Source: a virus. Taken from it: a DNA stretch of 64,000 bases. The notes under the pieces were generated by a model. It saw only the letters and a list, made by a program, of their open reading frames with translations. It ran no database searches and was not told the origin of the DNA. Below, one piece after another: positions 1 through 9,202 of the stretch. The position numbers and the translations under genes are program-made. The stretch is taken from positions 1-64,000 of IMG/VR virus record IMGVR_UViG_3300005613_000006; one strand, 5' to 3'. Position 1 is the first letter of the stretch. Each line of letters opens with the position of its first letter.

Positions 1-366
1 GGACCCTGTGGCGACCGCCTCCATCCTTCGATAGAACGCCCGACTAGCGGGATGGTGTGGGAACACCTTAATGGTCTTGGTATTGACACGCCGACACGCA
101 AGGCGAAAGAGGCCGCGACCCAGGCCGCGATTCCGATACCTGATGTTGATGAACACGTAGAACGTAGTGGTGGTACGATTCTCTCGCAAGAGTGCCCATC
201 CTACTATGCTACCGCTGTCCAACGCCAGCAGTATCTTATCCCTGTCCTCACGGTAGTCGAGATAGTCTTCCCGAATGTAGTCAAACCCACGCCAACTCAG
301 CGACATTAGCTGCCGCTTTTGGTGGGTACTCAGCTTTCGCTTCGTGGTTGTTCTGTAGCTTATCAC
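1..366 (-). CDS. GNAT-family acetyltransferase (runs off the window edge; absent from the ORF track)
   Basis: Manual translation ...IVGWALLRENRTTTTFYVFINIRYRNRGLGRGLFRL...HPASRAFYRRM contains acetyl-CoA motif A (RxRGxG) and the C-terminal AxxFYxR-like motif. Start is GTG 366 or ATG 306. Confidence 0.75.
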   Translation of the reverse strand, partial: MISYRTTTKRKLSTHQKRQLMSLSWRGFDYIREDYLDYREDRDKILLALDSGSIVGWALLRENRTTTTFYVFINIRYRNRGLGRGLFRLACRRVNTKTIKVFPHHPASRAFYRRMEAVATGS

Positions 367-458
367 GGTCTAGTCCCTCAGTAAGAGCCATGCGATAAAA
401 CCTATGAGGATAAGAAGCCCAATCCCCATAATGGCATCTGGCCAACTTGCTTGTGCTA

Positions 459-767
459 TCAAGTACATCGTATCACCCCTTCTGGCATTGGAGCCGGTTT
501 GGTTTCTCTAGGTTCTGGTGGTTCAATCCCTTCATACGTTGATTCTGTCAACCAGTAAAGACCGTTGAGAGGAACCGTAATTGGTGAAATTACCAGCGAT
601 ATGCTTCGCATAATGGGCGATGGCCCTATTTGGTTTTCTCCAAGGAACCATTCGTGCGTTGGGTCGTTGTTGTAAACGCCCACGGCATTCCTCATCATCA
701 TAAAGTTGCATGGATACATCGCCAAGCAAAGTATGATGACCATAAACCAACCAAAATGAACTCTCAT
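459..767 (-). CDS. hypothetical membrane protein
   Basis: GGAGGAG RBS upstream, hydrophobic N-terminus, abuts neighbours. Confidence 0.6.
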   Translation of the reverse strand: MRVHFGWFMVIILCLAMYPCNFMMMRNAVGVYNNDPTHEWFLGENQIGPSPIMRSISLVISPITVPLNGLYWLTESTYEGIEPPEPRETKPAPMPEGVIRCT

Positions 768-779
768 GGCTTTCTCCTC

Positions 780-1910
780 CTATCTAATCAGTTTCAACCT
801 TTTCAGGTATTCGTTGAACATCCTGCATGGAACACCTTGGTAGTCGCACACAGGACTAAATGTCTCAACCATGCCTTGTGTCATCAACAGGGCTGCTGCC
901 GCAGCCGGGAAAGCTGTAGCCTTCTGCATGGCGGTGAAGCGGCCATCGGCCAGAATCACAAACTCCCTAATTCTCCGCTCTTTAGGAAGCCCGCTCCATT
1001 CCACTTCAACCTTACCCACCACAATATCTTCCGTAATAACCGGACAGTTTTCTTTCAATGCGGTCGTAAACTGTTCTTCGGTGTAGCGATGGTTGTTTAG
1101 TAGATTGTCGAGAATGTCCCAGTGTCCCTTGTAGCGGAGTGTCTGATATTGGGCACTGTGGACGCCTCGGGCCATCAGATTGTGAAGGCTCAGCCCCATA
1201 CCACCCTTCGTATTGAAGGCTTCCAGGTTACCAGCTAACGTAGAGACATGGCGATGGCCACTGAGAGCCGGGGCGGTGGCTTTGACATAAAGAGCTAGAA
1301 AGTCACAGTCTCCCGTATACTCATTGTACAGACCGTTCGGGCTGAACACAATACCATACTTCCAGGGCAACCCCTCTGGGTCACGCGGTAACCCGCCGAC
1401 ACACATAGAGATTTTGGCACCGTCTTCCCGGCCCCTTATCAATTCCTCTGCTATGATAGAGACCCAGCCAGGGGCACAGCCCAAGTCGGTAAAAACCGGC
1501 GACTGTGGAACACTGCGTTCTGGGTAGATGGCGACGGCGTTATTTTGTATGGTCTCTGATACAAATGGATTGCCACCGAGGTCAGCGTATGGGACACCGG
1601 CCCGGTTACACTCTTTGGCAATCTCAATGTTGACATTGTATGGCGCGGCTGAGAATACTAGGTCCAGCGGCTCTCCATCAAAGTCGGTAGGGCTGTTGCT
1701 AGAAACAACCCTGGTACGTTTTGGTTTGTTGATACGCCTATACGCATCAAAACACACATGAGGCGCGTTGTCCACCATTTCGACCACATCCATACCCAAC
1801 TCGATTAGGGCATGAACAATGGCCTCTCCCTGCATACCCCCCGCTCCGATTACTTTGGCCCGTATAATGGTAGCCCCTTTCGTTTTCGCATTTTGTTCTC
1901 TATGGTACAC
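780..1910 (-). CDS. saccharopine dehydrogenase-family oxidoreductase (lysine dehydrogenase / carboxynorspermidine synthase-like)
   Basis: Rossmann VIGAGGMQG, SAAPY, YADLGG, DLGCAPG, VGGLP, FSPNGLYNEY, TLRYKGH and TAMQKATAFP motifs. Start may be slightly downstream. Confidence 0.85.
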   Translation of the reverse strand: MYHREQNAKTKGATIIRAKVIGAGGMQGEAIVHALIELGMDVVEMVDNAPHVCFDAYRRINKPKRTRVVSSNSPTDFDGEPLDLVFSAAPYNVNIEIAKECNRAGVPYADLGGNPFVSETIQNNAVAIYPERSVPQSPVFTDLGCAPGWVSIIAEELIRGREDGAKISMCVGGLPRDPEGLPWKYGIVFSPNGLYNEYTGDCDFLALYVKATAPALSGHRHVSTLAGNLEAFNTKGGMGLSLHNLMARGVHSAQYQTLRYKGHWDILDNLLNNHRYTEEQFTTALKENCPVITEDIVVGKVEVEWSGLPKERRIREFVILADGRFTAMQKATAFPAAAAALLMTQGMVETFSPVCDYQGVPCRMFNEYLKRLKLIR

Positions 1911-2047
1911 TTACCTGTTGCGTTGAAGTGTTTCACTTCTTCGGCAACCTCTCCATGCCGGGGACAAGTAATTCCATCCGGCAGATGGAACCAGCAGCGA
2001 CCTACACAGTGGCCGTCAGCCGTTTGTTCTTTGATTGGGCAGTTCAT
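1850..2047 (-). CDS. small Cys/His-rich hypothetical protein
   Basis: GGAG RBS; C..C..C..CPRH pattern. Confidence 0.5.
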   Translation of the reverse strand: MNCPIKEQTADGHCVGRCWFHLPDGITCPRHGEVAEEVKHFNATGKCTIENKMRKRKGLPLYGPK

Positions 2048-2123
2048 AGTTTGCTCCAGCTAGTTTGGGTGGTACTATCCCATTGCAAAGCTAACAACCT
2101 TGTCAAATCGCTTCGCGTCATAG

Positions 2124-2375
2124 TCACAATCCAAACACAGGTCTGAATGTGGACCCACTGTTCCACCACACTTTGGACAGGTCATTTGGGAACCTCCCTA
2201 TGTAAGTAGTACCAATACCAGCGTTCAAAAAAGAGCCCGGCCCGCCACCAAAATCCAGAGTGTCGGGGATGGCCAAGTTTGCAGCTTCCTGCGTATCTGA
2301 ACGCACAGCACACAAAGCACCGGCCCAGTATCTTCCGCCTTTTCTTTCTCCAATCAAAGCTACGCATGTTACCAC
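2124..2375 (-). CDS. hypothetical protein
   Basis: AGGATAAG-type RBS, in the minus-strand gene string. Confidence 0.5.
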   Translation of the reverse strand: MVTCVALIGERKGGRYWAGALCAVRSDTQEAANLAIPDTLDFGGGPGSFLNAGIGTTYIGRFPNDLSKVWWNSGSTFRPVFGL

Positions 2376-2627
2376 CTTATCCTAGTTCCCATGTCAGCGG
2401 TAATCATAGGTTTCCCCTTTCAAGGTCTCTCAAAATCACCGCCGCGTCAGCTTCGCCTCGCGACTTTACTTTGAGGCTGACGCTCTCGCCCCAACAGGAT
2501 ACGTTTAGTTTTCCAACTGAATCCACTTCGTCATACTCTGCCTGTACCGAGCAGAAACCAGCGGCTCTGACGTAGTGTTCGTTGTTGTCGTTGTACTTCA
2601 CAATCAGTGCGTACAATTCTTCATAAG

Positions 2628-2921
2628 TCATAGTCCCAACGCCTCTTTCAAATCCACCATTTCGTAATCTGGCGCACAACAGCAATCGGCGTCGTTCTGT
2701 GACACATGACGAACGCGAGACTTGCCGACCAGTTCCTTGACCATTTCAACCACGGCTTCGGCCTTCTCACAACCCTTGTCGTGATAGTAGTCACCAAACT
2801 GTCGTATACACTTGCCGTTAACGAATACGGAGATTCCACAATAGTCGCCCCCACAATCTTCGTCGTCGGGGTCATGGTGGATGACCACTTTAATATCGGT
2901 GACCTTTTTTCCCATTTTCAA
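2628..2921 (-). CDS. hypothetical protein
   Basis: AGGA RBS; stop overlaps the start of the next gene. Confidence 0.55.
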   Translation of the reverse strand: MKMGKKVTDIKVVIHHDPDDEDCGGDYCGISVFVNGKCIRQFGDYYHDKGCEKAEAVVEMVKELVGKSRVRHVSQNDADCCCAPDYEMVDLKEALGL

Positions 2922-2962
2922 TTCCTGTTCTATTTGTTTTCAAAATCCGGCAATTACTCGTC

Positions 2963-3211
2963 TTAGCTGTTGCAAGCTAATGGATAATCACAGATTGGTT
3001 CTTGCTCACAAGTGTCGCAAGGTGGTTTCAAATCCTTCACTTCCCCCTTTTTCCTTATCATTAAACACACCCCATCCCTCCATCCATCTCCCCACCATGC
3101 CCACTCATTAGTACCAACAGCGTGAGGATTGTCTTCCTCGCCCTTTCGAGCAGCAAGCCAACCGGCCCGATAGCAGCGGTGCAGGGGATGGTCAGAATTT
3201 TCGTATGGCAT
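2963..3211 (-). CDS. Rmf/CrpP-fold protein (ribosome modulation factor-like)
   Basis: CYRAGWLAARKGEEDNPH...WAWWGDGWRDG matches the Rmf pattern (G-Y/W-x-A...P-Y/H...W-x-x-G-W); GAGG RBS before ATG 3211. Confidence 0.6.
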   Translation of the reverse strand: MPYENSDHPLHRCYRAGWLAARKGEEDNPHAVGTNEWAWWGDGWRDGVCLMIRKKGEVKDLKPPCDTCEQEPICDYPLACNS

Positions 3212-3350
3212 GACTACTTTTCCTCGGTTTTCACCACTGTCTGTTACAACAAGGAGATTAAACGCCAATTAACCCTTTAACTGGCTGTCTGGGCTGGAAC
3301 GGACGGCCCCGAAAGGGGGTCAACCGCTGTCATAAATTGTCCGGTAGTGT

Positions 3351-3438
3351 AGTATAGCACAGGATTCTAAGTTGTCAATCGCTTTTCTCCAAAAAAAATG
3401 TAGGGAAGGTTGACAAGATAGGAGGTCCAGGCTATACA
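3351..3438. promoter_or_regulatory. divergent sigma70-type promoter pair
   Basis: Minus: TTGACA(3378-3373)-N16-TATACT(3356-3351). Plus: TTGACA(3410-3415)-N17-TATACA(3433-3438). Confidence 0.7.
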
Positions 3439-3909
3439 TACTTAGGAGGAAAAATCCTCTTACAAGCCAAACCAGCAAACGGCAACTGAAATCGGGCGGG
3501 CTGGCCGACATTCGTGGTGTTCCACGTCATAACGAGCCCCCTGTAAGAGCCCCTAAATCCTCGGGAGTGCGGATAACCCTGGCCCGAGGCTCGATGTACG
3601 TAAAGGAGGCTAAAGCCTCTAGCCCTGTGGGTGTACCTCGGGAAGTCGCCTAAGCGGCCCTCTCTTTTTTGAGGCCGTAAGGTGCCAGGGGGAGTCTCTG
3701 TAGTTATATCGGGGCTGTTAGGAAAAATTGGTTTTTGGAGCGGCTTCGCCGCAATGTAGGAGGAAAAGGGATGTAAGATACAACTAGTAAGTTGAAAATA
3801 ATTCTTGCGTAGCCCTTGACTTTCTTGATTTGTGGTGTATACTATATTGTAGGAGCGAGGCTGGGTGTAATTTCTACGGGTAGCCCGCTAAGACCTTGTT
3901 CCTCTTTTT

Positions 3910-3982
3910 GGCCTTGTAGTGTAAAGGCAGCACGACTGACTTTGAATCAGTCAGAGGTTGGGTTCAAATCCCCCCGAGGCTT
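3910..3982 (+). tRNA. tRNA-Gln(TTG), weak T-stem
   Basis: Cloverleaf; anticodon arm ACTGA-CTTTGAA-TCAGT; GGTTCAAATCC; only 3 T-stem pairs. Confidence 0.8.
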
Positions 3983-4043
3983 CTGGAGGCTCCGCTTCCC
4001 CAATTTCCCTTCGGCCCGCTCCCCTGCCACAAAGGGGGCATAT

Positions 4044-4114
4044 TGCCCGGTAGTGTAGTGGTAACACGCTGGTCTCTGGAACCAGAAATGTAAGTTCGAT
4101 TCTTACTCGGGCGG
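4044..4114 (+). tRNA. tRNA-Gln(CTG)
   Basis: Cloverleaf; CTGGT-CTCTGGA-ACCAG; GTAAG-TTCGATT-CTTAC. Confidence 0.9.
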
Positions 4115-4162
4115 CTTAATTCAGAGTCAATTTGGTGTATAATATAGTAGGAGAAATCCACT

Positions 4163-4561
4163 ATGAAAATATGCACCAGTTGTCACGAAGAAAAGCCGAA
4201 GTCGGCTTTCTCAAAAAATGCGCGTCGAAAAGACGGGCTTCAAACCGTTTGCAAACAATGCAAGCGTCTATACAATCGCTCTTATTACACCAGTCATAAA
4301 CAAGAGCATCTGGATAAAAACACTCGCATTCGCCAACGCAATCGGGCCTTTCTATCCGAGGTCAAGTCTAATAGTTGCTGTGCCGAGTGTGGTGAACATC
4401 ATCCTGCCACCCTACAGTTTCACCATTTAGATGGAACCGACAAGGACGAGACTATTTCTACTCTCTGCAATAGCCTAGCCTCTATCAATCGCATCAAGGC
4501 TGAGATGGCCAAGTGTATCATTTTGTGCGCCAACTGTCATGCTATTGAACATTGGGGGTAG
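4163..4561 (+). CDS. HNH homing endonuclease
   Basis: CxxC pairs, CAECG...LQFHH...KCIILCANCH; own TGGTGTATAATA promoter at 4133-4144. Confidence 0.85.
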   Translation: MKICTSCHEEKPKSAFSKNARRKDGLQTVCKQCKRLYNRSYYTSHKQEHLDKNTRIRQRNRAFLSEVKSNSCCAECGEHHPATLQFHHLDGTDKDETISTLCNSLASINRIKAEMAKCIILCANCHAIEHWG

Positions 4562-4604
4562 TACCTTTGGCCTGCAAGCAAATTCCATCCAGACTACCTC
4601 TCCT

Positions 4605-4660
4605 ACATTTTTGCTGACTACCATCTATTGCCAGACTTCTCGGGCTGGTTGGGGTATGAC
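4605..4660 (-). repeat. 56-nt conserved non-coding motif, copy A
   Basis: GTC-N21-GTCTGG-N10-TAGTCAGCAAAAATGT; aligns without gaps to 5910-5965 and 11751-11806. Confidence 0.8.
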
Positions 4661-4752
4661 AACAGACTGCTCCCCAGACCCGCCTTTCTAACCACGGCGT
4701 ATGGGGTAATAAGAAACCCCCAAGCGGCGTCCCGCCAGGGGGTTAGTCACGT

Positions 4753-5052
4753 TTAGCCAGGGTGACCGGCCCTGTCAACCAACTGCTCACCTTTCGGGAG
4801 CATGTCACTCAGGTTCTTTTCCCACTTCATCATGGGTGTCGGAACCTTCAAATTCACAGTCTCTTCTTCGACCTCATTTCCAATCTTGAGGCCCTCGATA
4901 AAGGCAGTATACCACACCAGTTGTCTCCCACCCGGAACGCCGCGTTTATAAAACCGGCCTCCGAGGTAGTAACCTACATCAGTGGTGAAGACACCATCGG
5001 GGGTTAGTCGTACAGTGGTGACTTTCATCCACACCCCTCCTCTTTTTCCCAA
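4753..5052 (-). CDS. hypothetical protein (true start probably ATG 5028)
   Basis: ATGA overlap with the upstream gene, GAGGAGG RBS. Confidence 0.55.
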   Translation of the reverse strand: MGKRGGVWMKVTTVRLTPDGVFTTDVGYYLGGRFYKRGVPGGRQLVWYTAFIEGLKIGNEVEEETVNLKVPTPMMKWEKNLSDMLPKGEQLVDRAGHPG

Positions 5053-5297
5053 TTCTCAAAAACAAAACCAGCGCCCCTAATAACATCCCCTACATCGAAG
5101 ACCTCACCATCCTTCGTGCAGGCGTCTGGCGTTTCACGGAACCCACACACGTCCACAATAACGTAGCGGGCGTCTAGGGTTTTACCCCCACCGAATTTTC
5201 CAAGGGCTTGTACGGCGGCATCCATTGGAGTTATCGACAGAATCACGACGGATAGTTCGCCGCTCCACACATACCACTTTGTTTTCCAAATGTCCAT
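5025..5297 (-). CDS. hypothetical protein
   Basis: RBS, coupled to neighbours. Confidence 0.55.
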   Translation of the reverse strand: MDIWKTKWYVWSGELSVVILSITPMDAAVQALGKFGGGKTLDARYVIVDVCGFRETPDACTKDGEVFDVGDVIRGAGFVFENWEKEEGCG

Positions 5298-5909
5298 CCT
5301 ACTTTCCTTTGGCCTTAATGGACCGGCAGAGTTTCATTGCCTTTTTGGTTATGGTGTCGAACGCGAACATTCTTCTCCACGTTTTCTCCATCATCTGTCC
5401 CCACCCACTACACCCATCGTAGGGCTGAGCAAAAGCCGGGGCTTGGCGTCCGACTACTTTCAGCGCGGTGCGTAGTGTGGACCAGCGGTATAGCCTTTTG
5501 TGGGGGGCTCGCCGCCTGCCGTTTGACGATTTTACACGCTTGTCGTTTTCTCATCTGTTTTTTGCCTATTCGAGACATGGGACAATATCTACCATCCACT
5601 CACAATAGTAGTTCTTGCCCTCTGGATTGGTAATGGTCTCAGGCAGGACGCCACAACCGGCCACATCCTTGACGGCCTCTTTTAGCTCGTCCACGCCTTC
5701 AAACTCTTGCACTTCACCGTCTGCAAATTTGACCTTCCACATTTTGGATTCTCCTACGTTCTTTTGAGATTACTGACTATCCTATTATAGCACAGGAACC
5801 GGCTTTGTCAACCCCCAGACTTTTGGATTTGTTGTCAACCCCTCTTGTGGCCACCCCCTCTTCCCTACATTTCTTCCCCCAAATGCTTTTCCCTTACACC
5901 CAGACTACC

Positions 5910-5965
5910 ACATTTTCGCTGACTACTGACCATAACCAGACCGATGGGGGAGGATTGGGTGAGAC
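5910..5965 (-). repeat. 56-nt conserved non-coding motif, copy B
   Basis: GTCTCACCCAATCCTCCCCCATCGGTCTGGTTATGGTCAGTAGTCAGCGAAAATGT, about 65 nt downstream of promoter 6037-6064. Confidence 0.8.
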
Positions 5966-6076
5966 TGAGACACCCATCCGTGCCCCCTCTTCTGGGGCCG
6001 CCGCCTCTTCCCCTCTTCTGGTGTTGCCTATACCCCATTATAGCACGGTGGCCGAACGTGTCAAGGTGTTTTGTCG

Positions 6077-6154
6077 TAAGTCCTTTGGTAGTAAGGGTTT
6101 AGGGCGTGCGGGGCGAGCCCCGGCTGCCGTAAGTCCTTTGCTGTTCACTACTTA
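6077..6154. repeat. paired-palindrome element #1
   Basis: TAAGTCCTT-N7-AAGGGTTTA, 28-bp GC hairpin spacer, TAAGTCCTT-N7-CACTACTTA. Confidence 0.9.
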
Positions 6155-6315
6155 CGTCGATTTCACTGCGTAGTGAACACGCCGGTTTGAGTGAACACCA
6201 ATAAACAAAGCCCCCATTTCTGGGGGCTAAGCCTAACCTTCGTTTTGACTCAGAAGGCCGAGTATAATCCCGACACACACAACCAGGAGGACGAGGATGT
6301 AACCCGCCATACGGG

Positions 6316-7062
6316 CTATACCGCTTGCGTCACGCACACGGCGTCGAACAGGCCGTGCAGCTTTTGCGTGCGGGTGGGTAACTCTGCCAGCGAACTACCC
6401 TTGAGGGTTTCGGTGAAGGCGTTGAACAGCCGCCAACCGTTCTTTCCCTTGAACTCGGGATGATTGGGAGCGTGCCACTGTTCCAGCACCTTGGGAACCC
6501 GCGTTGCGTTAATGGCCCTGCCGCGAAGGGCACGGCACACAATGTCGTGAGCCTGGGCATCCACCAGTTCGGTTTCCTTGTAGGCGTTGATGCGGGCATC
6601 CTGGGCGGTTCGCATATCGACCAAGCGACCGATGGCCTTTTGTACCAAGCCGGGAAGGTCGCGGTTGATGAAACGGGTATGACGACGACCCACAACTACC
6701 TCGGACGAAAACGCGAGGTTGTCGCAAACGAACACGCCAGAACCCAAGCAGATGCCAGCCGGGATGCTTTTGTCGTGCGAGTTACGCAAGCCGAAAACCA
6801 GGGAGTAGTCTTCGTGTTGGGCCTCACCGTTCTCGACCTGAAAGAGGCCGAAGTAACGCAAACCGTCACGATAGATGGCATGCGATTCGTTCACAACACG
6901 CAAGCCGTAGCCCGGCAGTAATTCTCGCAACAGGTCAATCAGCTTGGTGTGGGGGATGGGGCACCAACTCTGGGTGGGTTCCGGTGTTTCGATTCCAATG
7001 AGGGCACTTGCCTCAATCAGACGCGAACGCCCGGTGTCCAAACACAAATTCAAACTTCTCAT
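6316..7062 (-). CDS. DUF932/DUF945-family phage/plasmid protein
   Basis: GLRNSHDKS...GSGVFVCDNLAF and WRLFNAFTE signature; strong RBS and own promoter. Confidence 0.8.
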   Translation of the reverse strand: MRSLNLCLDTGRSRLIEASALIGIETPEPTQSWCPIPHTKLIDLLRELLPGYGLRVVNESHAIYRDGLRYFGLFQVENGEAQHEDYSLVFGLRNSHDKSIPAGICLGSGVFVCDNLAFSSEVVVGRRHTRFINRDLPGLVQKAIGRLVDMRTAQDARINAYKETELVDAQAHDIVCRALRGRAINATRVPKVLEQWHAPNHPEFKGKNGWRLFNAFTETLKGSSLAELPTRTQKLHGLFDAVCVTQAV

Positions 7063-7121
7063 GTCTCAAACTCCTCAAAAAAAACGAAAGGTTAGTTGGT
7101 TGATGCTTTCATTATAGCATA

Positions 7122-7331
7122 TCAGTCGAGATTGTCAAGGGCCTTTGCACAAGGTTCGCAAAGATTTGCTTCCTTGACGGTTTCCCTACCCCTCCCGAGA
7201 ACTATCGTCTTTGGGCCGTACTTGCCCTCCACCACCTTGGTGTAGGTCTTATCACGGGTCTGGATAACCCGCTTGTTTTGGGGGGTGCCATTGGGGGCTG
7301 GCTTATTGCAGCCGTCGCAGATAAAACTCAT
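7122..7331 (-). CDS. small zinc-finger protein
   Basis: CDGC...CEPC; GAGG RBS; own promoter. Confidence 0.65.
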   Translation of the reverse strand: MSFICDGCNKPAPNGTPQNKRVIQTRDKTYTKVVEGKYGPKTIVLGRGRETVKEANLCEPCAKALDNLD

Positions 7332-7472
7332 GGTCGCCTCGTAAGTTAGGATTCAGTTGGTCTACTGTAAGTATAACATAAGAATTGAAAATGTCAAGGA
7401 ACTCCGCACCAGCTATTTTGTATCCGGCTGGACCCTCTTGTTACGTCGGCCACTACTAGCGGCGAACGCCTA

Positions 7473-7546
7473 GCATACCCCCAAGGAATCGAACCCTGCC
7501 ACAGTGGGTTGGAACCACCGTCGCCACCTTGGAACATTGGGGTATG
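7473..7546 (-). tRNA. tRNA-Trp(CCA), atypical D-arm
   Basis: GGTGG-TTCCAAC-CCACT; CAGGG-TTCGATT-CCTTG; acceptor CATACCC/GGGTATG. Confidence 0.8.
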
Positions 7547-7566
7547 TCGGCCCTTGCGGGCCACGC

Positions 7567-7869
7567 TCAGTCGGCCTTGTCGGCGGCGGCTTGAGCCTTC
7601 AACGACGCTGCAATGGCGGCGTAGTCGTTCTTCTGTCGGCCACCCTTGGGTGCGACCTTCGGCTTGAGCAACTGCATGTCGGTGTTTTCCAGGCCCTTGC
7701 GGTACTGTCGCTCACGGCTGGCAAAGTTGCCTTCCTTGAGCCCCATACCTTCGCGAATCTCGCGTCGGGTCTTTCCGGCACGGCAGCCTGCATTGAACTG
7801 CAAGCAGAAGTCGCCAGCACTGATGGTTTCGGTCTTTTCCTTGGTCGCGGTTGCTTTTTCGTCGGCCAT
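7567..7869 (-). CDS. small basic, possibly DNA-binding protein
   Basis: GGAGAG RBS, K/R/A-rich, HTH-like KTRREIREGMGL. Confidence 0.6.
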   Translation of the reverse strand: MADEKATATKEKTETISAGDFCLQFNAGCRAGKTRREIREGMGLKEGNFASRERQYRKGLENTDMQLLKPKVAPKGGRQKNDYAAIAASLKAQAAADKAD

Positions 7870-8002
7870 GTGTGGCTCTCCTATAAAAGCGGATAACGGT
7901 GGTACAGCCTACACTGGCTGTTTCTTTCCCTTATTATAGCACACTTTCCTGATTTGTCAACCATTTTTCTCGCGGCTTTATTAGGATAGTTTTGCTGATA
8001 CA

Positions 8003-8050
8003 AAAAAGAGGTAGGCAACGTGACTAGTCGCGCCGTGTTGCCTACCCCTC
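8003..8050 (-). terminator. intrinsic terminator
   Basis: GGTAGGCAAC...GTTGCCTACC followed by T6 on the minus strand. Confidence 0.65.
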
Positions 8051-8348
8051 ACTTTCGCGGCCCAGAGGCTTGCTTTCCTTGTCGGGAGTGGCGGCTGCTT
8101 GGACTGGCTAAGTGGCTCAGAGCAAGATGATTTGCGACACGATAACCTCACCCTCAACAGGGAAGCCATCGACCAACACGACATACCCCGTAATGAGGGT
8201 TTGGATGTTGGTGTAGGAGTCGTCAATCAACAGTTGGAAGTCGATAATCTCAATCATCATTCTGTTTTCGGTTTGTGGTTTGTTCCCTTCAATACTCCAA
8301 TTATAGCATACCAATCGAATAAGTCAATCGTTTTCTAAGGAATAGTCG

Positions 8349-8398
8349 TAAGTGCTGTTGTGCCAACAACTTACGTCACGCGGGGCTGCAAGGGTTTA
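8349..8398. repeat. paired-palindrome element #2 (internally deleted)
   Basis: Full left palindrome, half spacer, then only AAGGGTTTA; the terminal TTA is the stop of the glycosylase gene. Confidence 0.8.
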
Positions 8399-8965
8399 GT
8401 GCGAGCTATATTTCTTCCACAAGTACAGGTCGAAATCCGCCACACTCACACCATCCGGCAGGAATCGCATGAATTCATCAGCGAGTTCCTTATACCTCTT
8501 GGCACTAGTGGGGGTGGACATCGGTGCATCAACCCCACAATCCCGTAGGAAATGTAGAATGTGAGTATCCAGAATAGGGTAGTCATACCCCTCCCTGCTG
8601 TGGGTCAGAAAGAAATGGGCCGTTTTGTGGCTAACTCCCTTTATCCCCATCAAATCCTCGAACGAACACACAAGAAGGTCGAGGTTGGCAAGGGCAGCAC
8701 TGCGGAGAAAATCCGCCTTCTGATTGTGCGGCGTAATACCACAGCTATGAAGCAACGCGGCGAACTGTCCTATTCCCCTATGTCGGCAATACTTGTTGAT
8801 TGCAGCGAGGTAGTGACGTGGCACCCGTAGCTTCTTGAGTAGCTTGTCAACAGCGGGGGCGATTCTCTTGGCTTGCTTGTTGGCTACACAGATTGAGAAA
8901 ATCAGAAACTCTTCCAACTCCCTCCCATCTCTTTTGTAGTTGGTAATCTTGTTGGGGTCTATCAT
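8396..8965 (-). CDS. HhH-GPD DNA glycosylase/AP lyase (Ogg-like)
   Basis: HhH motif LMGIKGVSHKTAHFFL with catalytic K, PILDTHI, Y.E, DLYLW; start MIDPN at 8965. Confidence 0.8.
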   Translation of the reverse strand: MIDPNKITNYKRDGRELEEFLIFSICVANKQAKRIAPAVDKLLKKLRVPRHYLAAINKYCRHRGIGQFAALLHSCGITPHNQKADFLRSAALANLDLLVCSFEDLMGIKGVSHKTAHFFLTHSREGYDYPILDTHILHFLRDCGVDAPMSTPTSAKRYKELADEFMRFLPDGVSVADFDLYLWKKYSSH

Positions 8966-9202
8966 GCTAATATCTCCACTACTTTCATTTCTTCTGCTAA
9001 TATCCAAGTTCCACCCTGAGATTGTGGGCGATTGAACTTCCGAACCCGTCGCAGTTGTACACGCGCCCACACTCTGCCCTTCTCAGACAGGTGGGGTGCT
9101 ACCTTCTCAATGGTGGCGTGCCAACCGGGGCGATGTGCGTACCCCTTGGTGGGGTGGTCTTCTGCGGGATACCATACCCCAACTCGATACGCAATTGCCC
9201 GC

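Noticed and set aside
6102-6129. GC hairpin of the element as a simple intrinsic terminator
   Set aside because: No U-tract on either side, and it does not explain the fixed flanking dyads.
8040-8115. Riboswitch or SRP-like RNA before the terminator at 8003-8050
   Set aside because: Only vague similarity (AAGGAAAGCAAGC); no consensus I can support.
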